A stretch of DNA of 64,000 bases from Nostoc sp. UHCC 0302 (lineage in GTDB: Bacteria; Cyanobacteriota; Cyanobacteriia; Cyanobacteriales; Nostocaceae). A program made the position numbers and the translations under genes. The notes beneath the pieces were generated by a model. The model was not told the origin of the DNA and made no database searches. It saw nothing but the letters and a program-made list of their open reading frames with translations. This document shows, piece by piece, positions 20,143 to 29,237 of this stretch; the stretch's first letter is position 1, and every line of letters starts with the position of its first letter. The stretch spans positions 4,567,484-4,631,483 of the forward strand of contig NZ_CP151099.1 of assembly GCF_038096175.1 (NCBI RefSeq), written 5' to 3'.

Positions 20143-20730
20143 TTACATAATCTGTTTTAAATCCAACACAAATCCAGGTAAAATATCTTCTCCTGATAAA
20201 CTAGTTGGATTTTCTAAAATCTCTATATCTTGACTTGGACGATAAATTTCTACTCGCTTGTTTTTTCGGTCGATTAGCCAGCCTAATTGAGCGCCATTTT
20301 CGATATACTCCTGCATTTTATCCTGCAAATCTTTTATAGAATCACTAGGAGAACGTAACTCTACTACAAAATCAGGGCAAATCGGAGCAAATTTTTCTTG
20401 TTGTTCTGGGGTTAAAGCATTCCACCGCTCAATTTTTACCCAAGAAACATCAGGAGAACGTTCTGCACCATTGGGTAGGGTGAACCCAGTTGAAGAGTCA
20501 AAACCTTTGCCTAAATTATTCTCCGAGTTCCAAATATCTAATTGAGTGGTAATTTTAACATTACGTCTGCCAGTATCACTACCTGTAGGCGGCATAATTA
20601 ATATTTCCCCTGATGCTGTACGCTCAAATCGATAATCGCGGTTTTTCTGACACATTTTGAAAAATTGCTCGTCAGTCAAGTCGATTTTCAATTTAAGTGT
20701 AGAAGGTAAAGTGGTTGTAACAGCATTCAT
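20143..20730 (-). CDS. Uma2-family (DUF820) putative restriction-endonuclease-like protein
   Basis: ILIMPPTGSDTGRRNVKIT...PDVSWV...PDFVVELRSPSD is the typical Uma2 PD-(D/E)xK core. Confidence 0.85.
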   Translation of the reverse strand: MNAVTTTLPSTLKLKIDLTDEQFFKMCQKNRDYRFERTASGEILIMPPTGSDTGRRNVKITTQLDIWNSENNLGKGFDSSTGFTLPNGAERSPDVSWVKIERWNALTPEQQEKFAPICPDFVVELRSPSDSIKDLQDKMQEYIENGAQLGWLIDRKNKRVEIYRPSQDIEILENPTSLSGEDILPGFVLDLKQIM

Positions 20731-20826
20731 AAGCTATCCTGAGCATCTTACTTTCTAGTTTAGTGGCGTGTAAGGTGCGATCGCACTTCTAATTCAACTT
20801 ATATAATGAAGCCCAAGGTATCAGAA

Positions 20827-21447
20827 CTAATACACTTCAATTAAGTCTCGTTTTGGCAAGGTTACTCCTTTAAGGATGCATTGGCGCAGATTCTCTTCAC
20901 TCAAGTCTACTTCTGTTAAATCAACGTAACTTAGATCAGTCTTGAACAAAATCGCTTTGGTAAGATTGGCATGGCTCAAGTCTGTCTTACTCAAGTTTGC
21001 CTCAGTCAAATTTGCACCCCTGAGATTTGCCCCAGCCAGAAAAGCACCGCTGAGGTTAGCGTAGCGTAAGTCTGCCCCAGTCAAGTCTGCACCACTGAGG
21101 TCGGCATCACGTAGGTCTGCTAAGCGCAGGTCTGCCCTCACAAGAGAAGCTTTATGCAAGTCCGCTTTACTAACAGTTGCCCGAATCAGGTTAGCATCCT
21201 CTAGATTCGCCCAAATTAGAATCGCTCTACTGAGGTTGGTTCTCCAGAGAGTCGCCCCAGCCAAATTTGCTTCAATTAAGTTCGCCGCACATAGGTTGGA
21301 CTGAGATAAAGTTGCATTAGCCAATTTAGCTCCATCCAAATTGATTCCAGCTAGACACGCCTCATTTAGGTTGGCTAAGTGCAGGCTTACCTGAGCAAAA
21401 TTTCTCTCTCCTGCACAATAGCTTTTGATAAGTTCATCAGCATTCAT
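20827..21447 (-). CDS. pentapeptide-repeat protein
   Basis: Continuous A(D/N)LxxA(N/D)L pentapeptide repeats through the whole 206-aa sequence. Confidence 0.9.
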   Translation of the reverse strand: MNADELIKSYCAGERNFAQVSLHLANLNEACLAGINLDGAKLANATLSQSNLCAANLIEANLAGATLWRTNLSRAILIWANLEDANLIRATVSKADLHKASLVRADLRLADLRDADLSGADLTGADLRYANLSGAFLAGANLRGANLTEANLSKTDLSHANLTKAILFKTDLSYVDLTEVDLSEENLRQCILKGVTLPKRDLIEVY

Positions 21448-21659
21448 ACAGCTAATCTTCTAAATCCTTATTTATCACTATAAATTGCAGTTCTCAATTG
21501 CCAATTGCGAGAAATAACCTTTCTTAAAACACTTTTAAACTTGCAAGAACCTTAAGATCATTTTGTTAAGCTTCACAATATGCTCAATAAAATGGAAAGT
21601 TTCTTTTACTAAAGTGTGAAGCGATCGCTCCACACTTTAGCAGTGACTAACTCAATACT

Positions 21660-22622
21660 CTATTTACGCACTAGGTTGAGCAATTCTTTAGGAGAAGCCA
21701 GCAAGTCAATTGCCACAAAGAAGATTTTGCCTTGGGGATCTATCAAGAATCGCCACGCAATATTCATGCCAACACTCGCTCCAAACCACGGGGTTTGGAC
21801 TTTGCCCGTAACTTTAACTTGGGTATAGCCATCTTCTACCGGTTCGGATACACCACGCTCTGGTATCATCTTCAGTCCTTGGCATTGTTCCCGCATATAA
21901 GCGCGAATTGCTTCCTGACCCACAATTGGTCTCTCAAATGGGGGTTGCAAAGCACCTTCGGAAGTAAATAAAGCCACCGCAGCGTCAAAGTCATTGGCAT
22001 TCATATTATTGATGTAGCCCAACACCGTAGGATTGCTAATGCCTTCAATTGTGACCTTGCTACGGAATGCGGGTGCAATGGGAGGAGCGACAGGCTCTGA
22101 AACTTTTTTGTAACTACCAGGAGCATTTGGATCAAATCCCATGCTAACTACAATGTTGCGTAGAATTGTGATTTGTTGACCTGAATCAGCATCTCGGATT
22201 GCTTGTAGCACCTTAGCAGCTTTAGGAGAAAGCTTATAGCTCTCTGGGATAGGAGCGACAATTCCTTGCGCCATCCATTCACCTAACTGAAACCAGAAGC
22301 CCAACTTGATGTTCACCGTGAAGGACGCATAGGAACGGCACAGAGGAGTATCAGCACTGTTGGCCAAATCGTACATGACTTGCGTTTGAGTTTCAAAAGG
22401 CATCTGCTTGATTTGCTCAAGTAAGCCTTGCGCGAGGATCATGTTGGCTGCTCCAGGTGCAGCAACTGTAATAGATTTACCCATCTCGGTATAGGCAAAC
22501 CAAAGTAATGCTAGTTGATCTTCAGCATTGAGTTCAGAGAATGCTTCGATGGTCTTTGGAACAACATCAGCAATTAGAGTTCCGGGAAAAATACTTTGAG
22601 CTGACTGGATGGTAAATGGCAT
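21660..22622 (-). CDS. ocp: orange carotenoid protein (full-length OCP, N- plus C-terminal domains)
   Basis: MPFTIQSAQSIFPGTLIADVVPKTIEAFSELNAEDQLALLWFAYTEMGKS...CRSYASF...GFWFQLGEWM (N-terminal domain), then NANDFD...GALQPPFERPIVG...PWFGASVGMNIAWRFLIDPQGKIFFVAIDLLASPKELLN (C-terminal NTF2-like domain); residues corresponding to Y201 and W288 of the characterised OCP are present. Confidence 0.93.
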   Translation of the reverse strand: MPFTIQSAQSIFPGTLIADVVPKTIEAFSELNAEDQLALLWFAYTEMGKSITVAAPGAANMILAQGLLEQIKQMPFETQTQVMYDLANSADTPLCRSYASFTVNIKLGFWFQLGEWMAQGIVAPIPESYKLSPKAAKVLQAIRDADSGQQITILRNIVVSMGFDPNAPGSYKKVSEPVAPPIAPAFRSKVTIEGISNPTVLGYINNMNANDFDAAVALFTSEGALQPPFERPIVGQEAIRAYMREQCQGLKMIPERGVSEPVEDGYTQVKVTGKVQTPWFGASVGMNIAWRFLIDPQGKIFFVAIDLLASPKELLNLVRK

Positions 22623-23104
22623 GGCAAAAATTTCAAAAAGAAAACTACAGTACTGTCAAATTTGAAAAATCGAATGTGCAAAACAAAGATAAATGCGCTC
22701 AAATGCCAGCAAAAGCAATCAATAAGTAGAGAGAAAGTACAGTTGCTTTTGCTCCATCCAATACATCGTGAGCCTGTTGCTCTTAAATTGGATAGTTGAC
22801 AAAGTACATTCCAAACAACCGCATATTTAGAACACTTAGTGAACAGTGTTTTAATGCAGTCGTATTGCTATTTGTATCTTTACATTAAGAAATATAACGG
22901 ATTTGTTACAAACAAGCAATTATTTTCTCAGGAATTTATTGATAAAATTTATTTATATAAAATATGATATTTGCTTAAGTTATAAGAAGCGCCTTAAGCT
23001 CAAATACTTATACAGCCAGTGTTTTGGTAGTGGAGCGACACAGCTAAAGGCTGTAGTTAACCTGAGTTCGGGATAAGGAAAGGGACAGGTAAGCTAATCA
23101 GCAT

Positions 23105-24255
23105 TTAAGCTGCAACATAGCTGAAATTAGTTTTATGTTTGATTTTCCGATGCCACTTAATCACTAACTCGCCTTGATTCAACAACTTATCTAGCAGTGT
23201 TTGTAATTCATCTACTGATTTAAATAAGCGATGAGCAATATATTCTTTACATGAATGCCAAACTAATTCGATAATGTTATAGTCAGGGCTATAAGCAGGC
23301 AAGAACTCTAAAATAAAATTCGGGAACTCTTGGGATATTTTAGCTAGAATATCTTTGCGTTTATGAAAACTAGCATTGTCTAAAATTAAAATTATCTTTG
23401 GCCCATACTTCGAGAAATCTTTACCCACATTTCCTTTACTTACCCACTCTTGTTTTATTAGTTCATTTAATTGTTGTAATTGCTCATAAAAAATATCTGC
23501 ATTTCCCTTTTTTACAAAAAAGCATACGCGTTTCCGGTCTAATTCTCGAATTGCTCCCATGACGTTTACTCGACCACAACGTCGTTGTCCTGGAATATTC
23601 TTGCGTTTTCCTTTTTTACCCCAACCCTTGCGACGAATCACGCGTAAACTAAAACCACTCGTCGCGCGGGTACGCGCGTCCGCTACGCTAACGTCCAAAA
23701 CCATACCTGCAAACGCTCTGGCTGTTCTCGCGCTATTGATAAATATTGAGCAAGTTTTTCTTTAAACTTCGCTCTCTCTATTGGGTTTTGTTTATCTTCC
23801 AGGTTATACTTAGCCCAGATATAGCTATACTTTTTTCGCTTTAATATCCTCCTTACTTGAGAGCTACTTAAATCAATTCCTGTTTTTTCGGTTAAATATG
23901 TAGCTAGTCGCTCTGCTGTCCATTTTCCAAATTCATACCCTAAATCTGAGGGTTCTTGGTCAACAGTTTTTAATAACAGTTCAATATATTCAGGCGTAGC
24001 TTTTCGGTAATATTCGTCCTCTCTTTTATTATGTAGAGTTTCCAAATTATCAGGATCACCGTGCATACACCAATATGCTACTGTTCTATGCGAACAACCT
24101 AAAAATTTAGCAATCTCGTATTGTGGTTTCCCATCATTCTGTAGCAGAATAATGAGAATTCTTTCCCTGACGTGTGGCTGCTCGCTCTCTTTCAGAGCTT
24201 GTTGTAGCTTACTAACTTGTGACGGCGTTAAAAAGTTCTTGGCTGGTGGTGGCAT
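23105..24255 (-). pseudogene. IS630-family (Tc1/mariner-like) transposase, split into two overlapping ORFs (frameshifted, or programmed frameshift)
   Basis: ORF A (24255..23683) carries an HTH (KFLGCSHRTVAYW, CENP-B-like); ORF B (23704..23105) carries the DDE domain (ILILDNASFH...LEFLPAYSPDYNIIELVW). The two overlap by ~22 nt in different frames. Confidence 0.8.
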
Positions 24256-24349
24256 CTTTGCTTTGAAACGTCTTCATCTTTCTATTATGCAACTTACGTG
24301 CCGATTAGCTTAGTAAGCTGAAAATAACGTCAAATCCAGCACCTGTCCT

Positions 24350-25250
24350 ATGTTTAGTTTAGAATTTTTGTTCTGCCATGTAGATGATTTTTGTAAGGCG
24401 TTTGAAAGCCAATGGCACAAAAAGCTGTTGGTACATCGAGGAATAAGACGGATTCGGGCTAGAAGTCTGTGTTTGAGTGAAATAATGACGATACTGATTG
24501 CATTTCATCAAAATCACTACCGGAATTTCAAGCATTTTTATTTGAATCATGTCAAACAGCAATGGAGTTGTGCTTTTCCGGGACTGCCGAGTTATCAACG
24601 ATTCATTGAATGGATACCATCAACCTTGATACCTTTGTGCGTTTACCTGAAGCATTGTTTTGGACGGTGTACGGGTATCGGTTTTATCGATTCAACATGT
24701 CTGAAGGTCTGCCATAATCGTCGGATTTCTCGGCATAAGGTTTTTGAAGGTTTAGCAGTTCGTGGAAAGACTTCTGTGGATTGGTTTTTCGGGTTTAAGC
24801 AACATAAAAGTCGTCAATGAACTTGGTCAACTCTTAAATGTGGTTCTTACTCCTGGTAATATTGATGACCGTCAACCAGTTCCCGATTTCCTCAGTGATC
24901 TGTTTGGCAAAATATTTGGCGTTAGCGAAGCTTACCGAAGGTATCGCGGATATGTCTCTCAAAAACTGGCTTCTCAACTTTTGCAAGAGTTCGACATTAA
25001 ATTTTTTGCCAAACCCCGTCGCAACATGAAAAACTATTTGATGCATCTCCATGATAAGCTCTTATCCCGTAAACGCTCCATTATTGAGACTATTAACGAT
25101 CAACTTAAGAATATTTCTCAAATCGAACATTCTAGACACCGAAGCCCCGTTAATTTCTGCGTTAACGTTCTGTGCGGATTAATCGCTTATTGCCATCAAC
25201 CTAACAAACCCAGCCTTCAAATGGAATGGCTTTTACCTCAATCTGCTTAA
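24350..25250 (+). pseudogene. IS4/IS5-superfamily (IS982-like) DDE transposase in two overlapping frames
   Basis: ORF 1 (24350..24820) contains FIDSTCLKV; ORF 2 (24762..25250) contains TPGNIDDRQ and the Y(2)R(3)E(6)K-type signature RKRSIIETINDQLK. The ~59-nt overlap implies a frameshift. Confidence 0.75.
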
Positions 25251-25298
25251 CCCGAACTCAGGTTAAATTAAAAAAAATAGTAGGAGTTCGGATAGTAT

Positions 25299-25796
25299 AT
25301 GGTGAAACCAATAATACAATCAGCAACTCAAACCTTATATGACCAAGATTATTACTTGTGGCTGAGGACAACTATAAACCAACTTCGCACTGAACAGTTT
25401 TCTGCTGTTGATTTAGATAATTTGTTAGAAGAATTAGAAACTATTAGTAGAAGGGAGAAGCGAGCAATTGAAAGTTTATTAATTAAGCTTCTTGAACATC
25501 TACTAAAACTCAAGTATTGGGATAATGAACGAGAACATAATCAAGGACATTGGAGAGGGGAAATCAGAACTTTTCGTAGAGAAATTAAAAAAGCTCTGAA
25601 AGATAGTCCTAGCTTAAAACCTTACATTTTAGAAATATTTGATGAATGTTATCAAGACGCTAGGGCAGAAGCAAGCGATCGCTCTCAACTCCCCATTGAC
25701 ATATTTCCTTTTATACCTATCGGTTCTTTAGAACAAATTTTAGATGAAAACTGGTTTCCCGAATATAACCACAATTATCACGGTCAACCCGATTAA
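25299..25796 (+). CDS. DUF29 domain protein
   Basis: LYDQDYYLWLRTTINQLRTEQFSAVDLDNLLEELETISRREKRAIESLLIKLLEHLLKLKYW is the characteristic DUF29 N-terminal signature. Confidence 0.8.
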   Translation: MVKPIIQSATQTLYDQDYYLWLRTTINQLRTEQFSAVDLDNLLEELETISRREKRAIESLLIKLLEHLLKLKYWDNEREHNQGHWRGEIRTFRREIKKALKDSPSLKPYILEIFDECYQDARAEASDRSQLPIDIFPFIPIGSLEQILDENWFPEYNHNYHGQPD

Positions 25797-25836
25797 AATA
25801 AATACGCAACTCATGCTTCCATAGGAGTATCCAGCT

Positions 25837-26499
25837 GTGCAGCCGGACTTAATAGGCTTGGAAATTAGCAAGGGGGAACTGAGACGTTTGACTGGGTTCG
25901 ATCCAGAAGACGTTTTCCGACCTTCCATTCTGAAAGATAGCAAGAAGCGATTAGGGTTTTTAATAAATGAAATGCTGGTGACACTGGCACTAACCCCAAT
26001 AATCGTAGGTTTTATTTATGCCTTTATTATTTTGCCAACAATTGGTTCTTCAATTCGACTAGGAATTCTCTTACTAATTTTAGTACCAATTCCTGTAATC
26101 GTCGGGCGATCGCTCTGGCGGCAGTTAACCTGTCCCCAAGCACTAACAATACTTCTAGATGAAGTTGATAAATATCATGACCTGATCAAAGCGATAGATA
26201 TTAATGACCAATTAGCAGCATCAGGCAACTCTCACAGTAGTATAAATGACCGAGACAAAGTAATTGCAGCCTTGCAACTTATTAGAGAAGATTTAGTACG
26301 GGCGCTGAAAACCGAACGAATTTTGCGAGATAATGAAAAATTGCTTGCTAATAACCAAGAGTTATTTGTCAATAATTTAGCCAGTCTGCAAGCTTTACAA
26401 GTAAGTAGTCAGGCAGGCGAATATGCTCAACTACTCAATCAGTCGTTGCAGATTGCCTTTGATGTCCAAGCAGAAATCAGAAAATTGCAAAAAGTCTAA
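25837..26499 (+). CDS. hypothetical membrane protein with C-terminal coiled coil
   Basis: Two predicted TM helices (LVTLALTPIIVGFIYAFIILP, LGILLLILVPIPVIVG) followed by a helical, Leu/Gln-rich C terminus; no family assignment. Confidence 0.45.
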   Translation: MQPDLIGLEISKGELRRLTGFDPEDVFRPSILKDSKKRLGFLINEMLVTLALTPIIVGFIYAFIILPTIGSSIRLGILLLILVPIPVIVGRSLWRQLTCPQALTILLDEVDKYHDLIKAIDINDQLAASGNSHSSINDRDKVIAALQLIREDLVRALKTERILRDNEKLLANNQELFVNNLASLQALQVSSQAGEYAQLLNQSLQIAFDVQAEIRKLQKV

Positions 26500-26539
26500 G
26501 CCGAATTTTCTCAGAAAAAAAGTTGCCCTGTTGATTTAA

Positions 26540-27883
26540 ATGAGCAATAAACCAAAAATAATTGTTCTGGATGATGACCCTACAGGTTCTCAAACAGTCC
26601 ACAGCTGCTTGCTGCTAATGCATTGGGATGTAGATACTTTACGCACAGGCTTGCAGGACGATTCACCAATTTTCTTTGTGCTGACGAATACAAGATCCCT
26701 ACCGCCAGAGTCAGCCGCATCTGTCACCAAAGAAGTGTGCCAAAACTTGAAAATCGCCTTAAATGCTGAAGGAATCGACGATTTTCTGATTGTCAGCCGT
26801 TCTGATTCTACCCTGCGGGGGCATTACCCAATTGAAACCGATGCGATCGCTGAAGAACTCGGCCCATTTGATGCTCATTTTCTTGTACCAGCCTTTTTTG
26901 AGGGTGGACGCGTCACCCGCGACAGTGTACATTACTTGATCATCGATGGTGTACCGACACCAGTACATGAAACTGAGTTTGCCCGCGATTCAGTCTTCGG
27001 CTATCATTACAGCTACTTGCCCAAGTACGTAGAAGAAAAAACTCAAGGGCGTATTAGTGAAGAAGCTGTAGAAAGGTTTCTGCTTGCCGATATTCGTGCT
27101 GGTAGTTTGCAACGCTTGCTACAACTTAGTGGTAATCAGTGCGCTGTTGTGGATGGAGAAACCCAAGCGGATCTCAACTCCTTTGCAGTAGATGTGCTAA
27201 CAGCAGCTAGCCAAGGCAAACGTTTTTTGTTTCGTAGTGCAGCCAGTATCTTAACGGCTTTAGCAGCTTTACCTCCTCAACCCAGCCCCGCCGAAAAAAT
27301 GGCGCAGTATGTGCGGCAAGGCAAAGCAGGCGTGGTAATCGTTGGTTCCCATGTGAAAAAAACTACTCAGCAGTTAGAGGCACTCTTACAAGTTGAGGGA
27401 ACTGTCGGTATTGAAGTAAATGTAGAGCGATTACTTGATGATCCGGTGAATCAATCTGCTACACTGCTAACCGAGATCCAAAAAAGTATACAGGCGGTAC
27501 ACGACGCTGGCAAAACACCAGTAGTTTATACTAGTCGCCAAGAACTAGCTTTTAAGGATGTCAAGACACGCTTGGAGTTTGGAACAAAGGTTTCAGGTTT
27601 ATTGATGGATATTGTGCGCGGTTTACCATCTGATATCGGATTCTTAATCAGCAAGGGTGGCATTACCTCAAATGATGTCTTGAGTACAGGTCTTGCTTTA
27701 ACTTCAGCGCGTTTACTCGGTCAAATATTACCTGGTTGTTCGATGGTACTAACACCATCCGATCATCCACAGTTTCCTAATTTGCCTGTGGTACTGTTTC
27801 CGGGTAATGTTGGCAATGCTGATGCCCTGGGGACAATTTATCAAAGGTTGACTAAAAAAGTCCTGAGTGCAGAATTCGACTAA
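26540..27883 (+). CDS. four-carbon acid sugar kinase family protein (DUF1537/OtnK-like)
   Basis: N-terminal IIVLDDDPTGSQTV is the hallmark of the DUF1537 N-domain; the C-terminal nucleotide-binding domain is also present; 447 aa. Confidence 0.75.
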   Translation: MSNKPKIIVLDDDPTGSQTVHSCLLLMHWDVDTLRTGLQDDSPIFFVLTNTRSLPPESAASVTKEVCQNLKIALNAEGIDDFLIVSRSDSTLRGHYPIETDAIAEELGPFDAHFLVPAFFEGGRVTRDSVHYLIIDGVPTPVHETEFARDSVFGYHYSYLPKYVEEKTQGRISEEAVERFLLADIRAGSLQRLLQLSGNQCAVVDGETQADLNSFAVDVLTAASQGKRFLFRSAASILTALAALPPQPSPAEKMAQYVRQGKAGVVIVGSHVKKTTQQLEALLQVEGTVGIEVNVERLLDDPVNQSATLLTEIQKSIQAVHDAGKTPVVYTSRQELAFKDVKTRLEFGTKVSGLLMDIVRGLPSDIGFLISKGGITSNDVLSTGLALTSARLLGQILPGCSMVLTPSDHPQFPNLPVVLFPGNVGNADALGTIYQRLTKKVLSAEFD

Positions 27884-27933
27884 TCTAGTATAGGTAATTA
27901 ATTGCTTGATGTATTAGCTTTGGGTGGTACTGC

Positions 27934-29019
27934 ATGACTTCTGATTCTGCCGATTTAGAGTCAAATTCTGCATTTGCGAATGCAAAATCTATCTCTACCC
28001 TTTCTGAGCTAGAGGTAAATTCTTCAGTTCCAGATTTAGAGTCAAATTCTGCTGATGCAGAGTCAAATTCTATCCTTCCAGATGCTGAGATCAATTCTGT
28101 CCTTCAGTATTTAAAATCAAATACTCCTCCACCTGAAGTAGAATCAAATCCTGCTAAACCTCCGGAAGTAGAACCAAATCCTGCTAAACCTAATTTAGAG
28201 CCAGTTTCTGCCGTTTCTGAAGCAGCAGATTACATCCTGACTGATTTAAATATCAGTGAGTTACCATCACCACAGCAACGGGTAAATCAAAATATTCAAG
28301 TCCAGTTCAAAACTGAGCAGGGACGATTATTGTTAATTTTGCCCCCAGAATCTCAAGTACCAGCCTCAGAACTCAGTTGGTCTGAGATTTGGCAACAAAT
28401 AAAGCATCGTTTAAATGCAGGCGATCGCCTACGTACACCTAACACCACAGTACACCTGATAGCACAAGACCGCCTAGTCGATAGCAGACAACTTCAAGAA
28501 CTTGCTGAGACTCTTAGCGAAGTCCAATTTCAGCTAACATCAGTTACGACTAGTCGTCGTCAAACTGCGATCGCTGCTGTCACATCCGGCTATTCTGTAG
28601 AACAAATACAGCCAAAAGCTTCCTTGAGTTCTGACTCCAAACCTGCTAGTGTAGCCCAAGCAGATGCCCTCTATTTAGAAATGACCGTACGTTCTGGAGT
28701 AGAAATTCGTCATCCTGGTACTATAATTCTTTTGGGAGATTTAAACCCAGGTGGTATTGTAGTTGCAGATGGAGATATTTTAGTTTGGGGTCGTCTACGT
28801 GGTGTCGCTCATGCTGGTGCTAGTGGTAATCGTGAGTGTCTAATTATGGCTTTGCAAATGGAACCTACCCAATTGCGGATCGCAGATACTGTAGCTAGAG
28901 CGCCAGAAAAAACACCGATGCAGTTTTCTCCAGAAGTGGCACATATTACGCCCCAAGGAATTCGCATCGCTAGGGCTAGCGATTTTTATAGAAACCAATT
29001 AACGAGGATCAATCAATAG
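27934..29019 (+). CDS. minC: septum site-determining protein MinC, with a repetitive acidic N-terminal extension
   Basis: C-terminal beta-helix domain GTIILLGDLNPGGIVVADGDILVWGRLRGVAHAG; N terminus with (D/A)xESNS repeats; sits upstream of minD and minE. Confidence 0.85.
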   Translation: MTSDSADLESNSAFANAKSISTLSELEVNSSVPDLESNSADAESNSILPDAEINSVLQYLKSNTPPPEVESNPAKPPEVEPNPAKPNLEPVSAVSEAADYILTDLNISELPSPQQRVNQNIQVQFKTEQGRLLLILPPESQVPASELSWSEIWQQIKHRLNAGDRLRTPNTTVHLIAQDRLVDSRQLQELAETLSEVQFQLTSVTTSRRQTAIAAVTSGYSVEQIQPKASLSSDSKPASVAQADALYLEMTVRSGVEIRHPGTIILLGDLNPGGIVVADGDILVWGRLRGVAHAGASGNRECLIMALQMEPTQLRIADTVARAPEKTPMQFSPEVAHITPQGIRIARASDFYRNQLTRINQ

Positions 29020-29237
29020 TTATAAATATTTACTTATAATTTAGTTAAAAAATAAAAGTTATAGACGCCCAGTAGACGCGGAGCAGCTTCTGCTAGGGTA
29101 GGATGAAAAAAAATACTGACGTCTCGCCCACATTTAGTGAGGCCAGATATTTCTTCATACTTGATACGATACTTCATACTTTATACTTCAATTTACTGTT
29201 TTATATTTCCTGAACCCTAATCGAGCGCATTGCTATC

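Larger units (their letters stand above)
23058..25262. mobile_element. IS982-like (IS4/IS5-superfamily) element bounded by 16-18-bp inverted repeats, interrupted by an IS630-family insertion
   Basis: ttaacctgagttcggg (23059-23074) is the reverse complement of cccgaactcaggttaa (25246-25261). The IS4-like transposase ORFs start ~26 bp plus 1.26 kb inside the left IR, consistent with IS630 having inserted into the left end. Confidence 0.6.

Noticed and set aside
21448-21660. Searched for a fluorescence recovery protein (FRP) gene downstream of OCP.
   Set aside because: Only a 212-bp gap exists. Neighbouring ORFs are a pentapeptide-repeat protein and spurious antisense ORFs. No FRP-like sequence was seen.
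25870-25905. tRNA-like T-arm sequence gggttcgatcc.
   Set aside because: Flanking sequence cannot form an acceptor stem (no 3' CCA context, T-stem mismatches). It lies inside an ORF. No tRNA is predicted.
27885-28094. 69-aa ORF antisense to the minC 5' region.
   Set aside because: It overlaps the repetitive part of minC on the opposite strand. Its low-complexity translation is an artefact of the DNA repeats.
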